Shown one piece after another: positions 45,680 to 56,800 of a DNA stretch of 64,000 bases (within the stretch, counting starts at the first letter, position 1; every line of letters starts with the position of its first letter). This stretch comes from Scyliorhinus canicula. Taxonomy: Eukaryota. Under the pieces are notes generated by a model, which was not told the DNA's origin, did not search any database, and worked only from the letters and a program-made list of their open reading frames with translations. The stretch is taken from assembly GCF_902713615.1 (NCBI RefSeq), contig NC_052163.1:38822248-38886247 (forward strand). The letters are read 5' to 3'. Both the position numbers and the translations under genes were made by a program.

Positions 45680-47492
45680 GCCATCTGATGCTGGATCACA
45701 AGATTTTGGGGATCTCAATTAAGGATTCACAATTTCCCCAGGGAACATTGGTACTCTTAGTACTAATAAAGGTGCAATTTAGACCACAAACCTTCACTGA
45801 GATATTAAAATATAACATTTTGTCATTGCAAAGAATATAAACTTGAATTATATAGTTATCCAGGACTTTGTTCTTCATGGATATCTTTAAGAGGTATGTT
45901 TGAATTCGAAGCCACTTGATGAATGTTTCAATTCTTTGCACTTGCAGCCAAATGAATACAGCCATAACAAGGCCATAATTGAATTCATAAACTCCGTTTT
46001 TTTCTCAGATGGAGGAATGAAGTCCTTCAGTGATGTAAAATTAGTACTTTGAAGATTCTTCAGATATTCCTCATCCCTAAAACTCCTTGTAGATTATACT
46101 ATTATTTTAATGTTTTATATTATATATATATATATATGATATATGATTTTGAGAGGAATGGATTCTCTAGAACTGAACTGAATTAATGCTTAAACCTTGA
46201 AAGTATGAAGGGAAATGTGCATGTCGAAAATATTTGTTTGAAATCCATTGAAAACCTGCAGTTCTGTAACTCTTGCTCTGCATACATCTGTTCTTGCACA
46301 CCGTGAGCGCTTCATGATTGAGAACACACAAGGCTACTCCTGTTGTTCAAACATTTGAGTCCATATTATGTTTGATGCATCTCTATTCTGGACGGCTCAG
46401 TTATTGGAAATTTGAATAATATGGCCAGTTTAACATTTGAAAGCAAACTTCTTCCTTAACCGTTATGTGGTTCCTGTTGGGCCTTTCCTATAATCTGTCG
46501 ATTGTAAAGATACATTTCTGAAGTTGAGCAATTACTATACTAGCAATAGTCTGCTGACTTAATTGAATGTAGTCTCATAACTCTACTAGCAAACTCTTTG
46601 AAATGGTGTATACTCCAAACAGACTGGGACTTCACATGCTAAACTAATGAATGCGTTTACTTAAAATTAAATGGTACTGAAATGTGTAATGGTTCAAAGA
46701 AAGGGTACTTTGGAGCAGCTTTCAATGAATCTAGAAATTTCTATCGCATAATGCAGAAAGTTTCTCTTTATTTTTGTGGTCTTCCATCTTTTCCAACTCA
46801 AACATTGTTTCCCTCGAGCAGCCTTTTTGAAAGTTCTCATATTTCCTCAAACTGGTGCTCTTCCATGGTTGTTATGGCAAACAAATTTTCAGTGAGTTCT
46901 TTGATTAACAGATTTTGCATAACTTTCCAATCAACTCAACCATAACAAAATAATATTTTATATGCAAGCAAAATGAGCATACAGGCCAATGGAAGAAACA
47001 ATTATACATATACTAGAAGAACACTTTTTTGAAATACGACTTTAAACTATATTATGCAGCTAATTCCACCCAAGAACAGAATCTCTTGGATCATTTGATG
47101 AATTGATTTACAAGTGGAATAACTTGCTTTGTCCTTGGTTAAAAATAAAACATCTATCCGTCCACCTCCCCAACAGAAAAAAAAATCAATGTTGTAGTTT
47201 ATTCTATATATACTACTGTAATCAATGTCATAATTCTATGAATTACCATTTGTTGCCTGATGTAGTAACTCATTCTATCCTCTAAGTCGAGCATCAAAAG
47301 CTTTGAAATTTACATTGGTGTGAATGTTAAGGAGTTGAATTGGACACTTCAACATATCGGAAGCAATTCTTAAAGCTACATATTCCTGTTGGAGCTGTAA
47401 TCATATGTACCCCATGTCAAATGTAATTGTGAAGACTGTAAAGTTCTCAGTAAGCTCAACAGCAGTTTGTGCATGTGTTGCTACCACGTGAC

Positions 47493-47498
47493 AATAAA
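47493..47498 (+). terminator. Candidate distal NARF polyadenylation signal
   Basis: AATAAA followed by a T/GT-rich tract, at the end of about 1.8 kb of AT-rich, repeat-poor 3'UTR-like sequence; a proximal AATAAA lies at 45765. Confidence 0.45.
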
Positions 47499-49199
47499 TA
47501 AAACTTTTGCTTTTTGTTCATCCGTGATTACTCAATGAGAAGTAGCATTGTTTTAATATGTCTGATAGATGTAAGTTCATATAAAACACAACGTAATGTA
47601 TTGATTTTTCAAGAATCTTTTTTTATCTGTTCTTGGGATCTGGGCGTCGCTGACGAGGCCAGCATTTATTGCCCCTCCCTAATAGCCCTGGTTCTGAAGG
47701 CATTCAAGAGTCAACCACAATGCTGTTCTAACCTGGCCTGGTGGCCAGACCAGGTAGGGACAGCAGATTTCCTGTCTTAAAGGACATTAGTGAACTAGAT
47801 GGCTTTTTACAACAATTGGCAATAGCTTTGTAGTCATCATTCGACTTTTTAACCCCAGGTTTTTATTGAATTCATCTGCTGTGGTGGATCCGAGTCCAGG
47901 TACCCAGAGCACTACTCTGGGTCTCTAGAATCCAGTGACAATTAGATTTGTAAACATTTTGGTTCAAATCCACTTGATTTCTTGCCATTTCCCAGTCATA
48001 AAAGCGGTGGTTGTTTTAAAATAATAGTTTCAAAGCAGTAAGGTCCGCCCCATCTTGTACATTATAAATTAATTGCCTAGCGATCATACTTTGAAAAGCT
48101 TTGCATCAAAATATGAAAGACAGAAGCAGGGAGAACTCGCCACATGGCTAATTGGCAGAGTGGTTAGTGATGTTGCTGAAAATCTTTTCTGTTCTCTTTC
48201 ATTTGCTTACCAGATTCGGTCTCATTGATGCATTATTTTGATGTCTTTGCATTTGCCAATTCAGTAAACAGCTGATGTAGGTCCTGAGATTACAGATCTC
48301 CTTCTCTCCTCTTCTCTGCCCCCACCCCCATAGCCTTCAGATAGCTTCTGGAGAACTTCTTGTTGCATTGTTTTGGTTTAGCCTAGATCTAGCTAGCAGA
48401 ACACCCACCTTCCAGCGAAATGTTGGGCGGGATTCTCCCCCCTGCCACATTTTTCTAGGCAGCATGCAGTTCGCTGGTGGTGAGGTTCTGTTTTGCCGCC
48501 ACTTGTCAATGGGATTTCCCACTGAAGCCACTCCACGCTGCCGGGAAACCGAAGGCAGGGGTACACTGTCAGCGGAAAAAGACAATCCCCATTCTCTGGC
48601 ATTATCTCTGACAGGTTAATACTGCCATATTGCTGGCTGTGTTTGTTGTATCTTGTCAGACCATCCCTGGATCACTTGCTAACAGAGTACCTGTAACTCC
48701 TCATCTTTGCTGATTTAATCTCCAATTTGACTCTGTTAGTGGTGTTGTAGTGCATTTTTACACCTAGAATTTCTATTTCTTATTTCTTCTGTGGCAACAA
48801 CTGAGCGAGGATGTCTGCCAGCATCAGCTTCAAGAGTAATCGCTGCAGTTTTGCTGGTGTTTATTAAAAATACATTTTATGCAATGTGGGTGCTGCTGGC
48901 TGGACCAGCATTTGTTCCCCATCCCTGAGGACAATTAAGAGTTAACCACATTGCTGTGGATCTGGAGTTGGGCGTAGACCAGAGCAAGTAAGGACAACAG
49001 ATTTCCTTCGCTAAAAGACGTTGGGGAATCAGATAGGTTTTTATGATATTGGACAAAATTATATTTTTTATTAAATTCAAATTTTACCATCTGCCATAGT
49101 GAGATTTGAACCTGGGTCCCAGAACATTACCATGGGTCTCTGAATTGCTAGGCCAGCAAAAATACCACTATACCACTGCCTCCACCCCATCCTCCCTAC

Positions 49200-50090
49200 A
49201 CAGATCTAATCCAGTGGACAATGATCACTCTCCACTATGGACATACTCTCTAGAGATATGTATGGAACTTCTCACACACCCATGTGAAACTGGAAAAACC
49301 TTTTACATGTTGGCATATCTGGTCTCAGCCAATGTTCGAGTTGTGGATGCCACTTTGTTGGTTTTCACTCTTGTACCAGGGCTGCTCGCATTGCTTTTGT
49401 CGAAACATCTATTGCAGAATGTTGGGTTTCTTTCTGTTGTGGTATGACAGATGTGGATCCATGCACACGACTTTGAGTTTTTTTTTAAACTTCTTTACTG
49501 GGACTCTGCTTCACTCTGTTCGGTTCCGATGAGCTTGCGTTCTGTCACCATCACAATGTATTTGTCCTGTTTATCTAAATCCCAGATTTCCTAGTTCTGT
49601 TATGACTGTGTAGGTGGTGGTCATGATCCTTTACAACAACACCATAGATCTGGATAGTATCAGCCAAACTGACTGCTTCTTTATGTCTTGGTATGTCACA
49701 TTTACTGTTGGTACACCATCCTAGTTCACTTTGAGGCCAAAGGGTAAGACACTTTTGTATTGGCCAAAGGGCGTGTTGAATGTTGTCAATAGAGAAGATT
49801 CCTCTCCAAGCTTCGTATTCAGTAGCTATTTCAACCTCCGGTTTGCTGAAAACATTTATCCTTGCTGCTGCTGGTATGATGATCACTTCCAGTGTTGGAG
49901 TAGGGTTGTGTTTTTTATGCTGGATTAAGATATTTGGGATCCAAGCAAATACTAAGCTATCCCTTTGGCTTCTCTCTCACTATGGTGAAATTTGCCCATT
50001 CTGAAGGCTTTGTGACTGGCGATTTTCCTCTACCATGTCTGAGACCTCTCTTTCGAGCTTTCTTAGTTCTATTACATTGGTGACAATGAT
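49200..50090 (-). mobile_element. Gypsy/Ty3 pol remnant (RT and RNase H)
   Basis: TTFNTPFGQYKSVLPFGLKV, SLADTIQIYG..KDHD, and an RNase H-like ILQ.DVSTK...AALVQ...AETRYAN stretch. Confidence 0.7.
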
Positions 50091-50444
50091 GTGACGCTGC
50101 CGGCTTTGGGCTGCGGTGAGCACAGTAAGAAGTCTTACAACACCAGGTTAAAGTCCAACAGGTTTGTTTCAAATCAATAGCTTTCGGAGCGCAGCTCCAC
50201 TCAGTGCGCATGTCATCGCCGGGAACGCTCCACTCAGCGTGAATGAAGAGGTAATCTGGAACCTTAAAAAGCACCGGTTTCATCACTGGACCAATTGCGA
50301 TGTGACACTCTAACTCTTTAAAGCATCCAACCACCTCATCAAAACACTATGTGTGTGCTAGATCTTAAATTGCAATTAAACTTTTGTGGCATAACGTGGA
50401 CTGTGAATGTTGCTCAATCGAGTAATCTCTTGCAACATCTGTCC

Positions 50445-50697
50445 TCAGCGCTTACGTCACCGCCTGGAATGCTCCACTCAGCGCGCACGTCACCGCCTGA
50501 AACCCCCCCCCCCCCCCCCCCGAGAGCGCACGTCACCGCCGGGATCGCCCCCTGAGCGCGCACGTCATCGCTGGGAACGCTCCACTCAGCGCGCATGTCA
50601 TCGCCGGGAACGCTCCACTCAGCACGCATGTCATCGCCGGGAACGCTCCACTCAGCGCGCATGTCATCGCCGGGAACGCTCGACACAGTGCGCATGG
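50445..50697. repeat. 33-bp CpG-rich VNTR (GCTCCACTCAGCGCGCATGTCATCGCCGGGAAC) in the CFAP52 promoter
   Basis: Near-perfect units at 50579-50611, 50612-50644 and 50645-50677, with degenerate units upstream. Confidence 0.9.
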
Positions 50698-50705
50698 CAT
50701 TGTCG

Positions 50706-50718
50706 GTTTCCTAGCGAC
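50706..50718 (+). promoter_or_regulatory. RFX X-box in the CFAP52 proximal promoter
   Basis: GTTTCCTAGCGAC about 50 nt upstream of the ATG resembles the RFX palindromic consensus typical of ciliary gene promoters. Confidence 0.7.
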
Positions 50719-50769
50719 GGCTTGTACACAGCCCAGTTGCTGTTGAGTCTCTCCAGCTGAAACAAAGTC

Positions 50770-50830
50770 ATGGCCCACGAAACCGAGGACATCTCTCAGC
50801 TCCAGCTGGAATCCATCATTGGGTTTAATG
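50770..50830 (+). CDS. CFAP52: CFAP52 coding exon 1 (MAHETEDISQLQLESIIGFN)
   Basis: Corresponds to human LELDAVIGFNG; gtaaga donor. Confidence 0.9.
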
Positions 50831-53800
50831 GTAAGAGCCAGGAGCTCCGGCAGGCGCAGGGTCCACAGTGGCTGCTGTCCCTGCTGCTTCCATCAAACGC
50901 TGCACCCTTGCTGTGAGGAGCACAGACTCCCTAAAATAGCTTCATGCATGGGGGCCTGGACTCACTTTTTTTTTCTTTTTTAAATTTAGAGTACCCAATT
51001 AATGTTTTCCAATTAAGGGCTAAATTGCATGGCCAATCCACCTAGCCTGTACATCTTTGGGTTGTGGGGGCGAATTCCAAGCAAACACGGGGAGAATGTG
51101 CAAACTCCACACGGACAGTGGCGCAGAGCCGGGATCAAACCTGGGACCTCGGCGCAGTGAGGCAACAGGGCTAACCCACTGCGCCACCGCGCTGCCCTGA
51201 CTCACTTTTTAAGTATCTCTGCCAACAGTGAGGTTTTGAAGGAAACAGCAGTCAACACCAGCTCTTTTACAATTTAATTGTACACTGAGGTCATTGGATT
51301 GTAGAGGATCCGAGTTAACGTTTCGAGTCCACAGACTCTTGGTCCTTTCAGTTGTGACGAAGGGTCTGAGGACTCGAAACGTTAACTCTGGTTTCTCTCC
51401 TGCCAGATCTGCATGGCTTTTCCAGCTCCTTCTGTCCTTGTTTCAGATTCAGCATTTGCAGTGTTTTGTTCATTTCACTGCACTGGAGTTGCATGTAAAG
51501 TTGAGGATATTCGTGGACTTTCTCAACCTTGCCCCTCGCCCGAGGTGTCGTGATCCTCAGGTTAGATCATCACCCATCAGCTTGCTCTCTCTCAAAGGGG
51601 AGAGAAGCCTCTGGTCCTGTGGTGACATTTACATTATTTTTAAAAAGTTAAGGTCATTCCAAAACCCTCCAGCTCATGCCCTAGCTTGCACCAAGTTCCA
51701 TTCTCCTATCACCCCTGTGCTTGCTGACCTAAATTGGCTACCAGTCAATCATCCTTCCCTATCTCTATAATCTTCCTAGCCTGACAACCCTCTCAGATAT
51801 CTGCAGTCCTCCAACTCAAGCCTCTTCAGCAACCCCCACTTTAATCATTCTACCTATTGTTGGCCACAGCACTTCTAGCTGCCACAGTCCAAAGCTCTTG
51901 AATTACTTCCCATATGCTTTTGCCTCTGTAACTCTCTTTTCTTCTTTAAGTGGCTCATTAAGATCACAAGCTTTTGGTTTTCCTGTCGTAATGTATTAAG
52001 CTCCTGTGAAATGCTTTGGGATATTTTTTACTACATTAAAGTTGCAATATAAGTGCATGTTGTTATAACCCCATAAGCTGTACCTGTCAACTAGGGCAAA
52101 ATGCCACAAACCCTACAGCTCATGCCCTAGCTTGCACCAAGTTCCACTCTCCTATCACCCCTGTGCTTGCTGGCCTAAATTGGCTACCAGTCAATCATCC
52201 TTCCCTATCTCTATAATCTTCCCAGCCCGACAACCCTCTCAGATATCTCAGCAAGGGGTCAAGACCAGGACTTTAACCTTTGTCTCAGTAAGATGGAATG
52301 TTGTGGTGTTCAGCATGAACAAGTTCAAAATGCTTTTTCCCGCATGGCCTTTTGCAATTGGAGGATCACCTTGTGATGAATCATGAAGCTAACACTCTGT
52401 TTGATACTCTTAGGAGTTATCTTTTATTAAGATGCAATAAAAATTAAATATTGTTTTTCTTTCATCTTTACTTCAACCAGATCACTTCAGATCTTTAATT
52501 GAGTGTTGATATTTCTATAAAGCTGTTAATAGTTTATAATACTACAGATTTATTGAGAAATATATGGACCCAGCTTTTTAAAGCATTGTACATTCTGCAT
52601 ACAGTGTTCCATAGAAGAATGGTACAAGATAAACCACAATCTATTTTGAGAGCACCGCACATTGCAAATCATAGCATTTTCCTAAATTTTGGTGCAGTTT
52701 GAATTCTGAGATTGTTTTGCTGTGTTTACAGGCAAAGTACCCTTTGGTTTAACCGTGCATCCTGATTGTGAAAATATAATTTACCCTCTCGGATGTACAA
52801 CTGTCGTACAAAATCTGAAGACCAGCTATCAGGCTTTCCTGGAAAGCCACACTAACAATATCTCCTTTGTTGCGGTCAGTAAGAGTGGGAAATATATTGC
52901 AACAGGACAGGTTACTTATATGGGCTTTAAGGTAAGAAAAATGTATCATTTTGCAGGCTTTTACCCAGGCTTGAATCCCCCTGGCTGACACCACAATTGT
53001 GCGATAACCTTCTTACGGAATTCTCTGCAAGGCCCATCAAAGCACCTTTATTTGCAGCTTATGAGCAGCAACTACTTTTCACCTACCTTTTTATCTGGTG
53101 TACCCACTAGAGGCAACATTTGACAACTACCTCTCCTCTCCCACTCACCCCAATTATCACTGTGGCCTTGGGCTGGCCAGCCATCACTGCCCCTCTCTGC
53201 ATTCACTTGTGGTCAGGGCCCTTTTTATCCGCAATCTTATTTTGGATGATTACATTGACATAATGATTTTGACAAAAACATAACTCATGGGTGGCAACAC
53301 TCTGCCCCTTACTGAAAGCCTCTGTCTAATTATATTCTCCACCACTTGTCCTGCCCAAACCACCAGGATGGCAGTATGCCCAATGACACCAAATGGCACC
53401 TTGCATTCTCTATCCCTAAAGCACTGGTACCTCCTCCATCTTTGAGCACTTAATCACTTTGTTCCACTACACCCCTTTAAATTCATAATTTCCCAAAGCT
53501 TTACCCTGTTTCTCACTGAGATACGCTTCTTCCAATGAACCCCTGCATTATGTGACCCTTAACCAAAGTAATTAAATCTTTACCTTAGCTACGTTTGTCC
53601 ACTCTCCTCTGAATTTACTGACCACCTCTTCTCCCTAAACTTCTCCCTGCATATTAATTCTCCACCCGCCCCCTCAATCATGTCAACTTGCATGGCTTCT
53701 CTTAACTAATTGTCTCCCCCATAGGTTATAATCAGCCATCTGTGACGACTTTTGTGTAACGCCCTTCTGACCTGTGTCTTTTGCCAGCTTCTATCACATC

Positions 53801-56800
53801 TTTCATGCAGTTTCAGAGCTCTTATTGTCATTGAGACCTATGTCTTTTTCCCTTATTCCACAAAACTGTCAACCATCCTTTCAGGGCCCTCTGTTAGCTG
53901 ATCTTGATTGTGAGAAGGACGGCTCGTGTCACTCTTCCCTTCAGAACTGCTGTCATTATCTACAACTTTAATACCCTTGCCAAACAATTTCTGATTTAAC
54001 TGAATGATAGGCTCTAGGGCTTAAGAAACTACTCCTGTTTCTACATAAAACCACTCTCGGCTTTTCTGTCCTTGCAAACTACTGCTCCATCTTTTACCAT
54101 TTGCTCTCTAATTTTCTTGAACGTCTTGTTGCTTCCTATGCCCATGCTTATCTTTCCTATAATTTCATATTTGAATCACTCCCAACAGGTTTCCATTCCA
54201 TCTATGTCACAGCATTATCATAGCCCTCATCAAATTCACAGTGACATCTTCTGAGAGTGTGGCTATTGAGCTTTATTGTACCTTTTCTTCTCCAGCCTCT
54301 CTGCAACAATTGAAGATTACTGAGACATGATTCTGGAAAATACGTTAGACTATTCTTTCCCATCAAATAATTGGAAGACTGATGGAGGCATAGAACACAT
54401 GCTTACCACAGATGAATCAGACAAGGGGCTGGTTTAGCACAGGGCTAAAGAGCTGGCTTTTAAAACAGACCAAGGCAGGCCAGCAGCACAGTTCAATTCC
54501 AGTACCAGCCTCCCCGAACAGGTGCCGGAATGTGGCAGCTAGGGGCTTTTCACAGTAACTTCATTTGAAGTGCCATGGGAGAGGCATTGTCAGAACACCG
54601 AAATGGGTCATGGAGTTCAACCAACCTCCCCCTTTAATGTATTGTTGCTTTTGAAGCACACGGCTTGTTCTCCAGGTGTGGTATTACAATTATGGACACG
54701 TGGGTTTTTAAATACAAAACAATGTTTATTCCATGAACTCAACTTAACCTTTTAAATAAACATTGGATCACTTAACACCCCTTACTTCAAAGATAACCCC
54801 AAAAATAATACAACACTAAATAATCCTTCAGTTGTTCCTTTAAACATCCAAGAGACTTAACACCTTTAAGCAGAAACACATCAGGTAAAATACATTACTA
54901 TTATGAGTTTAAATCACCCAAATGATTCAGAGTTAGTCTTTCATGGCAGAGATCACAGCAGATCCAGCTCACTGCAAACACAGACACCACCCAAGCTCTT
55001 TTCCTCAAAACTGAAACCAAAAACAGAAGTGAGCTCAGCTCAGCTCCCCCCAGCCTCTGACATCACTTCAGTAATATGAGCTGCTGCATTTCTTAAAGGT
55101 ACATTGCTTAAACATCCATTTCTTAAAGGTACTCTCATATGACAGAAGTCTACTTGCGACAATAAGCGATTAAAATTTTTTTTTTAAATTAAGATTGTGG
55201 AAACAATGCTCACCCAAAAGGTTCTCAGTTCAACTCCCACCCCCACTCTGAGGGAGCGCTGCGCTGTTGGAAATACCGGGCAGGGTTTTCCACAACCCGC
55301 TGTGTGTTTTGTGGCAGCGGAGGCACCCCACCATCGGCTGCTGGTGGGGTTTTCCAGCCTCGTGGCTGTCAGAAGGGTTTCCCACTGTTCACTCCCTCCG
55401 CCACTGGAGAACCCGCGTCGAGGTGTTGCCATCGGCGGGACAAGAAGATCCTGCTAGCGGGAACAGTTGGAAAATCCTGCCCACCAACGTTTGGGTGAGA
55501 CCTTAAAACGAGGCACCATCCACCTGCCCAGGTGGATGCTGAATATACCATGGCACGGTGTCAGGGAAGAGCAGGGGTGTTATCGCTGGTGTCCTGGCCA
55601 CTATTAATCCTCAAAAACAGATTATCTGTTCATTGCTACATTGTACTTAGTGGGAGTTTGCTGATGCAAATGAGCCACTGCGTTTCCGACATCACAACAG
55701 GGACTACTGGTCAAAAGTACTCCTTCAGCTGCCAAGCACTTTCAGACATCCGGTGTTCATGAAAAGCACTATATAAATGCAAGTCTTTCTTTATTTCAAA
55801 GAGTAAACCAGATCATCAGAAGCGGAAACTCATTCAGTTTAATCTTCTTTTAATAGCAGGGAGTAAGATTATTATTCTCAGGCAACAGTACGAGCAATGA
55901 TGATAAGAGCAATATTGTGACTAAATGTGTTCTAGAAATATTTGAAACCATTCTGCAATATTTGCAGCTCAATATAAGCAGTGGCCATTCATTATAAACT
56001 TCAGAAGCCCCCAAAAAATGGATGAAATGCCACCTTAACACAGAAACAGCTGCAGCACCAAAAACATGTGTAATCAAGATTCATTGTTCTGCTGATGTAC
56101 AATATTGGCTTTAATTCACAAATAAACATGTCAGAGTTTTTTTTTAACCAACCCAGGAATTTATTACTGCTACCACAAGTGCAACATATTGGAAGCGATT
56201 CACTGGGTGCAAATCCCCCTATGTCGGGAAAATAACGGGAGAGCCCCTAAATGGGATTTGCTCGGTTGCCGAACAGTGTGCGATGCTCCGGGCCCAGTGC
56301 AGCTGATGTGATCTGGTTCATGCCCATATTTAAATTGTTATTTAAATATACCGGGACAATTTGAAGCCGGATTCGTGCCAGTGGAAATCACTACTGGTCT
56401 CCACCACCAGACCATGCGGGGGAGCCCTGAGGACATTGGAGCCCCCAGGTGGCCGGGGACATGGACGTCTCTGCCCCGGCACCCTTTGGCACTGCCAAGC
56501 TGGCACTGCTAGGGTGCAAGGGTCAGTGCCAGGTACAATGGCACGAGGCTGGCATGCCAAGAGGCTGGCATGCCAGTGATTCATATTAGTGGTGGGAGGG
56601 GTGAGAGGGTTGATGCCAACGAGGTTGGTGGGCAGGGACACTGAAATCCCAAGTCTGGCGATGCTGGGGGTGGGGAAGCCTTTACTGTCACTTTGAGATC
56701 TTGGTTCCCCTTTAAGAATGATGCCCTGACCTCTTTGAAACCGAGCTTGCCAGTGTGTTTCGGCCACGCCCCTTTCAGTGCTGGTGCACATCACGCCCCA

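Noticed and set aside
46868-46882. X-box-like GTTGTTATGGCAAAC in the NARF 3'UTR region as a CFAP52 enhancer
   Set aside because: Imperfect match that could occur by chance; no supporting context.
50445-50697. 33-bp repeats as a CRISPR-like array or repeat-protein ORF
   Set aside because: Units are head-to-tail with no unique spacers, the context is a vertebrate promoter, and the repetitive ORFs are a by-product of the VNTR.
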